Program-made: the position numbers and the translations under genes
The notes under the pieces: model-generated
Databases searched by the model: none
What the model saw: the letters and a program-made list of their open reading frames with translations, nothing else
Told to the model about the DNA's origin: nothing
Assembly: GCA_016213845.1 (NCBI GenBank)
Contig: JACQZN010000049.1
Coordinates: 15,574 to 79,573, forward strand
DNA length: 64,000 nt
Reading direction: 5' to 3'
Source: Candidatus Wallbacteria bacterium
GTDB lineage: Bacteria > Muiribacteriota > UBA6191 > JACPRK01
Part shown: positions 36,064 to 46,023 of the stretch, piece after piece
Layout of the letters: the number at the start of each line of letters is the position of its first letter
Numbering within the stretch: the first letter of the stretch is position 1

Positions 36064-36466
36064 TCGAACGGGGGACCTCCGTGCGCGCGGACAGCCCCGA
36101 GACGGGATCGAAGGGTGTCGGACCCGACGGCGCCGCAGGTGTCGTGGCGCCCGTCCCCGCGCCACCGTCCTCCTTGAGGATGCGCGCTCGCTCGGCCGGG
36201 TCGGTCACACCGCGCAGCTTTTGCAGCGTCGCCTTCGACGGAAGCGTGATGACTGTACCGTTGGGAATGGTCCGGGTGTTGGAGATGTTGTTCGCCTTCT
36301 GGAGATCGACCCAGAAAGACGGGTCCCCGTACTTCACACGGGCTATCTCCCAGAGCGTGTCCCCTTCCTTCATCGTGTAGGTTTCGGCAAGCGCCTCTGG
36401 CGTGACGAGCACGGCCAGGACCAGGACGGATGCCAGCAAGGCGACCGGCGAGCGCGGAGCAATCAT
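36047..36466 (-). CDS. Small secreted LysM protein
   Basis: GGAGG RBS; signal peptide; YTMKEGDTLWEIARVKYGDP..W..L..AN (C-terminal part of the 1147-aa shadow ORF). Confidence 0.88.
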   Translation of the reverse strand: MIAPRSPVALLASVLVLAVLVTPEALAETYTMKEGDTLWEIARVKYGDPSFWVDLQKANNISNTRTIPNGTVITLPSKATLQKLRGVTDPAERARILKEDGGAGTGATTPAAPSGPTPFDPVSGLSARTEVPRSSVTTR

Positions 36467-36601
36467 CGAACACCTCCGGTTCAGACTTGGGGGTTCCCGC
36501 TCAGTATATGCCCCTGCAGCTCGCCGGTTCATGAAATCGCACGGGCGGCACCCGTGTTCCCCTGGCAAAGGAGTCCCCCAAGGAGGTAGATCATCTCTAC
36601 G

Positions 36602-37900
36602 ATGCGGTTGCGGCAACTGAGCGTGGGGGCCAAGCTCGGGATCGCCCTGGCGACGATCTATGGATGCGCGCTGGCGGCTGTCCTGGTGGCGGTGCTCTCG
36701 CACCACGAAGCGACGCTCTCGGAGAGGTGCCGGGAGGAGCGGCGGGCCGTGCTGGGGACCCTGGCACACCTGGCACAGCGTCCCTTCGCCCCATCGGAGG
36801 AGCGTGAGCTGGGACAGATGCTGGCGACACAGGAAGAGGCCTGGCGCGCCACCAGCTTCAGCGTGCGCTGCTCGGTCGTCGGGATCGGGTTGCTCTCCGT
36901 GGCCGTGGGGCTCTTCGGCGCGCTGCTGCTGGCGCGGCTGGTCACCGCTCCCATCTCGCGGCTGCGCGAGGACATGCTGGAGCTGGCCCGCGGAGGCTTG
37001 CCGCCGGTGCCGCCCCCGTGCCAGCCGTCGCGCTTCGAGGTGATCAGCTGCGAGCGCGCCGGAGCAGCCCCCGCGGCCCGCGGGTTCCTCGAGGGGCTCC
37101 TGGCAGACCAGGGGGATGAGCTCTACCAGCTCCGACAGGGATTCCAGTTGATGGTGTACGAACTGCAGCAGCGCATGGCGGAGCTCGAGCAGAGCACCAA
37201 GGAGCGGGAAGTCGCCAAGCGGCTGGGCGAGATCGGGGCCCTGGCCGCCACGGTGGCGCACGAGATGCGCAACCCGCTCAACACCATCGAAGGCGCCGTG
37301 TACCACCTGAAGCGGACCTATTCGCAGAACTCGGACATCGCCGAGTATGCCCAGCTGGTCCAGGAACAGGTTGAGCGCCTCACCAGCGTCAGCGCACACC
37401 TGCTCGACGCCACGCGCCCGCTGGCGCCCGACCGCCAGCCGACCGACCTCAACAGCCTGGTGCGCGACACGGCGCTCAGGCTGGTCAGCGAATCGGCCGC
37501 CCAGAAGGTGAGCCTCGAGTTCCGCTTCGCCCCGGAGCTCCCGTGCGTACCGGTGGATCGCATCCAGATGAAGCAGGTGGTCGAGAACCTGGTGGAAAAC
37601 TCGCTGCAGGCGATGCCCGACGGCGGCAAGGTCGTCCTCGAGACGGCCGTCCACGAATCGGGCGACATCCTGCTGCGGGTAGCCGACGACGGTCCCGGAA
37701 TCCGCATGGAGCTCCGCGAGCGCGTCTTCGACCCGTTCTTCACCACGCGAACGACGGGAACGGGGTTGGGTCTCTACATCGTCAGCCGCATCGTCGGAAC
37801 GCACGGCGGCTCCGTGAAGCTCGACGGCTCTCCCGGACCGGGCGCCCGCTTCGAGATTCGCCTGCCCGGCCCCGAGCTGGCCGTGGCCGCGGCCGGGTAA
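36602..37900 (+). CDS. Membrane sensor histidine kinase with HAMP domain
   Basis: 2 TM helices; AHEMRNPL, NLVENSLQAM, DDGPGI, FDPFFTT and GTGLGL motifs. Confidence 0.93.
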   Translation: MRLRQLSVGAKLGIALATIYGCALAAVLVAVLSHHEATLSERCREERRAVLGTLAHLAQRPFAPSEERELGQMLATQEEAWRATSFSVRCSVVGIGLLSVAVGLFGALLLARLVTAPISRLREDMLELARGGLPPVPPPCQPSRFEVISCERAGAAPAARGFLEGLLADQGDELYQLRQGFQLMVYELQQRMAELEQSTKEREVAKRLGEIGALAATVAHEMRNPLNTIEGAVYHLKRTYSQNSDIAEYAQLVQEQVERLTSVSAHLLDATRPLAPDRQPTDLNSLVRDTALRLVSESAAQKVSLEFRFAPELPCVPVDRIQMKQVVENLVENSLQAMPDGGKVVLETAVHESGDILLRVADDGPGIRMELRERVFDPFFTTRTTGTGLGLYIVSRIVGTHGGSVKLDGSPGPGARFEIRLPGPELAVAAAG

Positions 37901-37906
37901 ACCGTC

Positions 37907-39301
<1,395 letters not shown>

Positions 39302-39326
39302 GCCGTGTGACAGGAACGTGACGGTC

Positions 39327-39500
39327 GAGGGGAGCATCGAAGTTCCCCTCAAAGTCGGACCCGCGGAGGCGGAAATCGGGGGCTGGCTCCGAAACCCCGC
39401 ATGAAATCTGCCCCATGCCGAACCGGTTGCTTGGGGTTTCGGTGCCTGCACCTGATTTTCGCCGACTTTGCCGGAGCCCTGGGAGCGCATCGAAGTTCCC
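39327..39500. other. Structured intergenic element: two similar hairpins flanking a long multibranch stem
   Basis: GAGGGGAGC-ATCGAA-GTTCCCCTC (39327-39350) and GGGAGC-GCATCGAA-GTTCCC (39481-39500); CAAAGTCGG/CCGACTTTG and CCGAAACCCC/GGGGTTTCGG stems. Confidence 0.65.
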
Positions 39501-39563
39501 TTCCCATCCGAGGGCCCGACAGGTCATAATGAAAGGGATAGGGAGGGCGTTCGAGCGCCCCAC

Positions 39564-40730
39564 TTGGCAGAGGAGAAACGACATAGCCTTCTGGTCGTTG
39601 ACGACGAGAAGGAGATCACGGCCTCGCTCGTCGGGCTGTTTCGGCGCGAGTTCCGGGTCATCCCGGCAAACTCCGCCGCGGAAGCGCTCGAAGCGCTCGA
39701 GCGCGAAGAGGTCCACGTCCTCATGACGGACCAGCGAATGCCCGGCACGACCGGAACGGCCTTCCTGGCTTCGCTGGCGGACCGCCACCCCGACATGGTG
39801 CGCATCCTGCTCACCGGCTATGCCGACGTGCAGGCCGCCATTGACGCCATCAACTCCGGACAGGTTTACCGGTACATCACAAAGCCCTGGAACCCCGAGG
39901 AGCTGACCGCCATCGTCCGGCAGGCCGTTCAGCGCCACACGCTGATCCGGGAACGCGCCCAGCTCATCACCGATCTGCAGGCCGCCAACGAAGAGCTCCG
40001 CGAGCTCGACCGCGTCCGTCGGGCGTTCATGGAGGTCGCCGGCCACGAGCTCAAGACCCCCATCACCGTGCTCCTGGGCTACACGCACCTCATCCAGAGC
40101 GGGTGCTATGGCGCCCTCCCAGACACGGCGAAGCCCGCGCTCGGCAACATCACCAAGACCCTCGCCCACCTCAACGAGCTCGTGATGCGCATGCTCAAGC
40201 TGCTCAAGGCCCAGATGCCCTCCGGCGCCATGAGCTGGGAAGAGCTGCCGTTGGCAGACGTCGTCCGAGAGACCCAAGGGATGATCCAGCTCTTCTTGGA
40301 CCTGCGCAAGCAGTCGCTTCGCGTCCGGCTGGACCCGCCAGACCTGCGGGTGCGCGGCGACCACCACAAGCTGGTCGACATCCTCGTGAACCTCTTGACC
40401 AACTCCATCAAGTTCAGCAAGGACGGAGCCGAGCTCGAGCTCGAGGCCGTCGCCGAGCCCGGCGGACATGTCCGCGTCACGGTCGCCGATCCGGGCGTGG
40501 GCATTTCCGACGAGGACCTGCCCCATGTCTTCGACCACTTCTTCGCCAGCTTCGACGTCGGCCACCACTCGACCGGGGACTACCAGTTCGGCAGGCGCGG
40601 CGTGGGCCTGGGGCTGGCCATCGTGAAGCGCTTCGTGGAGCTGCACGGCGGCACGCTGGCGCTCCAGTCGAAAAAGGACGCCGGCACCCGGGTGAGCTTC
40701 ACGGTGCCGATGGCCCGGCCCACGGCCTGA
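39564..40730 (+). CDS. Hybrid REC-histidine kinase (cytoplasmic)
   Basis: LLVVDDE, TDQRMP, KPW, GHELKTP, NSIKFS and GVGLGL motifs; start uncertain (TTG 39468 or 39564). Confidence 0.9.
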   Translation: MAEEKRHSLLVVDDEKEITASLVGLFRREFRVIPANSAAEALEALEREEVHVLMTDQRMPGTTGTAFLASLADRHPDMVRILLTGYADVQAAIDAINSGQVYRYITKPWNPEELTAIVRQAVQRHTLIRERAQLITDLQAANEELRELDRVRRAFMEVAGHELKTPITVLLGYTHLIQSGCYGALPDTAKPALGNITKTLAHLNELVMRMLKLLKAQMPSGAMSWEELPLADVVRETQGMIQLFLDLRKQSLRVRLDPPDLRVRGDHHKLVDILVNLLTNSIKFSKDGAELELEAVAEPGGHVRVTVADPGVGISDEDLPHVFDHFFASFDVGHHSTGDYQFGRRGVGLGLAIVKRFVELHGGTLALQSKKDAGTRVSFTVPMARPTA

Positions 40731-40802
40731 CCCGAATGGAAGCGGCCGGGCCCATTGGGGACCCGGCCGCAGCTGCTCGATGGCTCGAGACGTGGAGCGC
40801 CG

Positions 40803-41390
40803 TCAGTTGTCGGTGACGACGATGACGCGCTGGTACTTCAGGAAGTCCCACTTCGCCGCCGCGTCGACTACCGCAGCCGCGGAGGCATCGTCCAGGATGC
40901 CGTCTGAGTTGAAATCGGAGCCGATGGCTGCCAGTTTGACCACCAGCGGGTTCTCGCCGGCCTGGGGGGCCTCGGTGGCCGACTTCATGTCGCCGGCGTA
41001 GGTGATGACGCCATTCTCCTGGGCGTACTCGAAGTTGCTCTCGAAGTTGCCGTAGACGAGCTGCCCGCTCTGGGAGTAGAACCGCGGCCCCATGCCGCGG
41101 GACAGTTGGGTGCCGCGAGCGTCGATGATGAGCCCGGTGTGGGCGCCCTCGGGCGGGATGCCGATCGAGCCACCCGGCCGCGCGGCGGTGGCGATCTTCA
41201 TCTTCGAACCCTTGGACTTGCGGGCCGCCTTCTTCTTCATGGCGTGCGCGCTGGACTTCTTCGACTTGGCCTTGTCCGGGCCAAGCCCCTCGAAGGCCGG
41301 CGTCGCGGCCCACGCGACGGGCTGCGTCACGAGCGCCAAGGCCAGCAACTTCGAAATTGTCGTTCGATTCAGTTTCAGCAAGCCAAACAC
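40803..41390 (-). CDS. Secreted protein with a Lys-rich N-terminus and a TGLIIDARG domain (as seen C-terminally in some LPP20-like lipoproteins)
   Basis: Signal peptide; HTGLIIDARG...RGMGP...G..VYG and AGENPL motifs. Confidence 0.65.
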   Translation of the reverse strand: MFGLLKLNRTTISKLLALALVTQPVAWAATPAFEGLGPDKAKSKKSSAHAMKKKAARKSKGSKMKIATAARPGGSIGIPPEGAHTGLIIDARGTQLSRGMGPRFYSQSGQLVYGNFESNFEYAQENGVITYAGDMKSATEAPQAGENPLVVKLAAIGSDFNSDGILDDASAAAVVDAAAKWDFLKYQRVIVVTDN

Positions 41391-41460
41391 GATTGAACCT
41401 CCTCTTCCTCCATCTTCTCGATATCGACAGCCGAACCGCCAAGACTTAGGTCGGCGACCG

Positions 41461-42207
41461 TCACTTCTCCATCTCCTGGATCAGCTGCTCGAGGTCGACC
41501 GTCACCGAGCCCGCCGCGGGGGCCGGACGCCGCCGCGCCGGCGAGCGCAACTTCACGGGCGGATGTGCCAGCTCCGCGGTGGCCCGCGCACGGGCCGCCA
41601 CCGGCGCGGACGGCTCCTCGAAGGCCGCCAGCGTTGGGTCGTCCACCTCATCCGGCTGCCCGGCTACTGGCGCGCGGTCGTGCTGAGCCATCCTTTCGCG
41701 GACAGTGGCCAGGAGCTGCTCGCGGCGACGGGGGTCGGCCTGCGACTCCACGGTGGTCACCAGCTGGGTGCGCGCCTGTTCGAGCTCCTCGCGAAGAGAC
41801 TTGTAGAGCACTTCCGAGCTCGAGAGCAGCCCCGCGAGGCGTTCGAAGTAGCGGCGAATCTGCTCGCCATCTTCGGGAAATCGCTCCTGGAGACTTGCCC
41901 GGAGCTCGTCCACCTTGTCGACCTTGCTCCGCAGCGACTGCATCGTGCGAGCGGAGCCACCCCCGATGACCTGCAGGTCGGCCGCGACGCGGGACGCCGA
42001 GGGCGGGCCCTTGTCGAGCCGTGCGCCGAGCTGAACCTGGTCGATGCGGCTCTGGTAGTCGACGAGCTGCTGGTGGCTTGCCCGGAAGTCTTTCTCGATA
42101 TCGCCGAGGATGTCGAGCACTTCGCTCGCCACGGCGACGCCTGTCGTCAGGCAGCAGCAGGCCGCGGCGATGCCGAGTCTGCCGATGAACGAACGCGCTG
42201 GGGGCAT
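41461..42207 (-). CDS. Secreted coiled-coil hypothetical protein
   Basis: Signal peptide, helical charged body, typical codon bias. Confidence 0.65.
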   Translation of the reverse strand: MPPARSFIGRLGIAAACCCLTTGVAVASEVLDILGDIEKDFRASHQQLVDYQSRIDQVQLGARLDKGPPSASRVAADLQVIGGGSARTMQSLRSKVDKVDELRASLQERFPEDGEQIRRYFERLAGLLSSSEVLYKSLREELEQARTQLVTTVESQADPRRREQLLATVRERMAQHDRAPVAGQPDEVDDPTLAAFEEPSAPVAARARATAELAHPPVKLRSPARRRPAPAAGSVTVDLEQLIQEMEK

Positions 42208-42481
42208 ACGGAGCTCCTTTCCGCGAAACGGCCGGGCACGAGCCGACAGGGCCGAGTCGCCATCCTACGTATCGGAGCCGCTTTCAGGCTCAGTTGAGGC
42301 CCGCGGCGAACGTTGCCAAGGGGCAGGCGGCGCGCAGGCCGCATCGGTGCTTGCGCGGGGCCTCGAGCAGCCCGGACGGGCGGCAGCAGAAAACCTCGCG
42401 GGTGTTACAATCCGCCGGCCGTGATCGCGTGTCCTGTCGGGTCGAGGGCGGCGTGCCTCGCCGGGAGGACGCCGGCGCCGA

Positions 42482-43915
42482 TCACGCCGCGGGGGAGACG
42501 CCGTCGGAGGCTTCGACCTGCGGACGGGCCGGCAGCAGCTCCGGCGTCAGGCCGCGCTTGCTGAACGCCATCGAGGCCAGCGTCACGGCGTCGGCCTCGA
42601 GAATGTCGTCGGGGACGCATTGCCCGGTCGTCATGTAGCTGGCGCCCTCGCGGTGCCCCGCGAGCAGGGAGACGACGGAGCCGAAACAGGAGGTTTCGTC
42701 GGTCTTGGTGACCAGCACCTTCTGGAAGCCAAGCTCCTTGAACCCGGCGGTGATTCCCCGCAGGTCGGAGAGCTTCGTCAAGGCGCTGACCAGCAGGTGC
42801 GTCTCGATCGGCATGCCGAACTCGAGGAACTTCTTCAGATCGAGCAGGTCCTCGCGATTGCGGGGGCTGCGGCCCACCGTGTCGATCAGGATGACGTCCT
42901 TGTTGCGGAAGCCGTGGACCAGCTCGATCATCTCCTCGGGCTTGAAGACGACCTTGACCGGGACCTCGACGATCTCGGCGTACTTCTTGAGCTGCTCCGG
43001 AGCCGCGATCCGGTAGGTGTCGATGGTGATGAAGGCGACGTCGAGCCTGTGGTTGAACATCAGGCCGCCGGCAAGCTTGGCCAGGGTCGTGGTCTTGCCG
43101 ACGCCGGTTGGGCCGACCAGGGCGACGAGCTTGCCCTTCTGACCGCCGACGAGCCCGAGTCCACCGGCCACGGAGAGCCGGGAGGCCAGGTACTCGACGG
43201 CGCGCTCGCGGACCCGGGAAGGCTGGCGCAGCTCCCGCTCGGAGAGGGCCTCCACGAGGTACTGGCGCACCTCGCAGATGAGGTCGTCGGCCAGCTCATT
43301 GGCGCGCAGAGTCTGCATCGCCAGCTCGACGTACTGCAGGTCCCGGGCGGGGGCCGGGTCCCGGATGAGGATCATCGGTCCGACCGAGCCGCTGTCCGTG
43401 GCGAGGGCGTCGGAGGGAGAGCCGGAACAATCCGTTCCGGTCGGTCCCTCGGGGCTCGACGAGGGCGGTGCAGAAACCGGTCCGGCGGGCGGTTCCGCCG
43501 GTGACGCCTTGAGCTGACTCAAGACATCCTTCAAGTCTTTCAACTCCGAGAGGACGGAGAGCTGCTGCTTGATCTGGAGGATCTCGTCCTTCATCAGGAC
43601 CAGCTCCTGCGACGGGGGGGGCGGGGCGAGCTGCGCCGGCGGGTCCGACCGCAACTGCGGAGAGGGGGCAATCTCGGCGACGCCGGAGCTGAGCAGCTGC
43701 CGGGCGGCCTCGACGGTCGGATGGGAGCGCGCCTCGCCGCTGGACCGATCGGCGCGCACGCCGACCACCTCGATCCATTCCCGGCGGAAGAAGCCGAAGA
43801 TGCCGCCTCGCTTGTGGGCGGCGGCGTGGACGATCTCGACCTCGGGCCCGAGCTCCTTGCGGAGCTTCTCGTAGGCTTCCTGTCGCGTGGGCGCGGTGAC
43901 TCTCCGGATCAGCAT
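42482..43915 (-). CDS. flhF: SRP-like GTPase FlhF
   Basis: N-terminal EA..K.RKELG.E..I; GPTGVGKTTTLAKLA, DTYRIAAPEQL, DTVGRS, TKTDE, GQ.VPDD. Confidence 0.93.
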   Translation of the reverse strand: MLIRRVTAPTRQEAYEKLRKELGPEVEIVHAAAHKRGGIFGFFRREWIEVVGVRADRSSGEARSHPTVEAARQLLSSGVAEIAPSPQLRSDPPAQLAPPPPSQELVLMKDEILQIKQQLSVLSELKDLKDVLSQLKASPAEPPAGPVSAPPSSSPEGPTGTDCSGSPSDALATDSGSVGPMILIRDPAPARDLQYVELAMQTLRANELADDLICEVRQYLVEALSERELRQPSRVRERAVEYLASRLSVAGGLGLVGGQKGKLVALVGPTGVGKTTTLAKLAGGLMFNHRLDVAFITIDTYRIAAPEQLKKYAEIVEVPVKVVFKPEEMIELVHGFRNKDVILIDTVGRSPRNREDLLDLKKFLEFGMPIETHLLVSALTKLSDLRGITAGFKELGFQKVLVTKTDETSCFGSVVSLLAGHREGASYMTTGQCVPDDILEADAVTLASMAFSKRGLTPELLPARPQVEASDGVSPAA

Positions 43916-43950
43916 GGCGGGTGTTCTCCTGCGAAACTGGCTCGGCGGGT

Positions 43951-44910
43951 TCAGGACCTGCGGAAGAGGCCGGCGAGGCGCTCGAAAAATCCTGGCTGGT
44001 TCGCGGGGGCGGGCGGGGCCGGCGAGTCGAACAGGCCGGCGACTATGTTGGTGATGCAGACCGAAGCGTACGAGTTCGGATAGAGCATCACCACGGGCTT
44101 CTGGCGCCGCACGCTGAGGCTGACGTTCTCGTCCTCGAGGACGAAGCCGGCGTAGTCGACCCTGAGCTGCAGATGCTCGCGCGCCACCTTGCTGAAGCGC
44201 CGCGCAACCAGCAGCCCCTCCTCGGGGTCCTTGACCTTGTTGACGACGATCGACGTCCTCGGCACGCTCGACCCCTCCATCGCCAGCGTCTTGAGGACGC
44301 CATAGGCGTCGGCCATCGCGGTCGGCTCGGGGGTGGTGACGAGCAGGACTTCGTCGGCCGCGCGCACGAAGGAGAGGACGTTGCGGGAGAGCCCCGCCCC
44401 GGTGTCGATGAGCAGCACGTCGGAGTAGGACTCCAGGCGTCGCAGGTTTTGCAGCAGCTCGCCCATCGCCCGGTCGTCGAGGTCGGCCAGCTCGGCCATA
44501 CCGCTGCCTCCGGCGATGAACTTCACGCCCGGAGGTCCGCTCACCAGGATTCCCGGCAAGTCGCGCTTGCCCTTGAGGACGTGGTACAGCGTGTACTGGG
44601 GACGCACACCGAAGAGCACGTCCAGGTTGGCCATGCCGAGGTCGGCGTCGAAAGCCAGAACGGACTTGCCAAGCCGCGTCATCGCGACGGCCAGGTTTGC
44701 GACCATGCTGCTCTTGCCGACGCCGCCCTTGCCGCTCGTCACGGTGATGACGCGGGCGCGCTTTGCCTGGACAGGCTCGACCGCCTGTGGCGCTGGCGGG
44801 GCAGGCCGCACCGAGGGCAGGGCGCGGAGCCCAGGAGCGGGATCGCGCCGACGGGGCGCCATCATCGCGTGCGAGCTGGCCTGGGTTCGGCTGGGCTGGG
44901 TCATGGTCAT
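43951..44910 (-). CDS. flhG: MinD-like ATPase FlhG/FleN (paralog without DQAxxLR)
   Basis: [37 protein letters not shown]; C-terminal amphipathic GFFERLAGLF. Confidence 0.9.
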   Translation of the reverse strand: MTMTQPSRTQASSHAMMAPRRRDPAPGLRALPSVRPAPPAPQAVEPVQAKRARVITVTSGKGGVGKSSMVANLAVAMTRLGKSVLAFDADLGMANLDVLFGVRPQYTLYHVLKGKRDLPGILVSGPPGVKFIAGGSGMAELADLDDRAMGELLQNLRRLESYSDVLLIDTGAGLSRNVLSFVRAADEVLLVTTPEPTAMADAYGVLKTLAMEGSSVPRTSIVVNKVKDPEEGLLVARRFSKVAREHLQLRVDYAGFVLEDENVSLSVRRQKPVVMLYPNSYASVCITNIVAGLFDSPAPPAPANQPGFFERLAGLFRRS

Positions 44911-45054
44911 CGTTGTCCGTCCCTTGCTGGGCGGGTCACGGGTGCCCGTGGAGTGTTCGTGTCGGAATTGGTTCCGTCCGGGGGTGGGATTCCAGGTAGG
45001 CCGAGGGAGGCGACTGCCGGGGCTGCGAGCCGCGTGAGCTGCGCTGGTGGGGGG

Positions 45055-45936
45055 TCAGTGAAACCAGCCGGCGAGCCGTTCCAGGAAGCCTCTGAACCCT
45101 CCGTGGCCGGTCTGCTCGCCCTCCAGCAGCTTGGCGCCGATCTCCCGTATGCCAGCTGCCGCGCTACTGTCCGGGTAGGCCAGAATCAGCGCCTTCTGCT
45201 CGCGCACGGCGCTGCCAACGGCGGAGTCCTCGCGCACCGAACCGATCGCCTTCAGGTTCGCGGCCAGAAATCGCTTCACCACAAGCCCGAGCTTGTCGTG
45301 AACCGCCTTGGCTTCGAAATCGCGGCGCACCCGGTTGACCACCAGTCGCACGTCGACACCCGGGTTGGAAGCGTAGAGCGCCTTGATGATGCCGTAGGCG
45401 TCCGCCATCGCGGGCGGCTCGGGCACGGTCACCACCAGCACCGTGTCGGCAGCCAGCGCGAAGCCGAGCACGTTCTTGCTGATGCCGGCGGCCGTATCGA
45501 TCAGCACGAAATCGGCGTCCTGCGCCACCCGATGAAAGGCCGTCAGGAGCCTCTCCCGCGCAGCGTCGCCGAGGTCCGCAAGCTCCGCGACGCCGTTGCC
45601 CCCGGGGATGATGCGGATGCCCTCCGGCCCTTCCACCATCACTTCTTGCAGCGTCCGCGCCCCGGACAGCACGTCCATCACGCTGAACACCGCGTGCAGC
45701 CCGAGCGCCACCGTCACGTTCGCCAGACCCAGGTCCGCGTCCATGATCAGCACCCGCTTGCCCCTCTTCGCCAGGGAGAGCGCCAGGTTGATCGTGAGGT
45801 TGGTCTTGCCGACGCCGCCCTTGCCGCTCGTCATCGCCAGGACCCTGGGGCCTCGAGCCGGTGCCGCAAAGCCCGGAACCGAGGCCGATACGGGCTGGCG
45901 CGCCAGCTCTCGGAGTTTGACAGCTTGGTCTCTCAT
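45055..45936 (-). CDS. flhG: MinD-like ATPase FlhG/FleN (paralog with DQAxxLR)
   Basis: MRDQAVKLR; [34 protein letters not shown]; [10 protein letters not shown]; start could extend to 45999. Confidence 0.9.
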   Translation of the reverse strand: MRDQAVKLRELARQPVSASVPGFAAPARGPRVLAMTSGKGGVGKTNLTINLALSLAKRGKRVLIMDADLGLANVTVALGLHAVFSVMDVLSGARTLQEVMVEGPEGIRIIPGGNGVAELADLGDAARERLLTAFHRVAQDADFVLIDTAAGISKNVLGFALAADTVLVVTVPEPPAMADAYGIIKALYASNPGVDVRLVVNRVRRDFEAKAVHDKLGLVVKRFLAANLKAIGSVREDSAVGSAVREQKALILAYPDSSAAAGIREIGAKLLEGEQTGHGGFRGFLERLAGWFH

Positions 45937-46023
45937 CGGCCCTGCAGTTCCCTCGATGCCCCGAAAACCGTTGGGCTCCGGACGAATCGCACTCATCATA
46001 TCACAAGATCTCGCCCAACGGCA

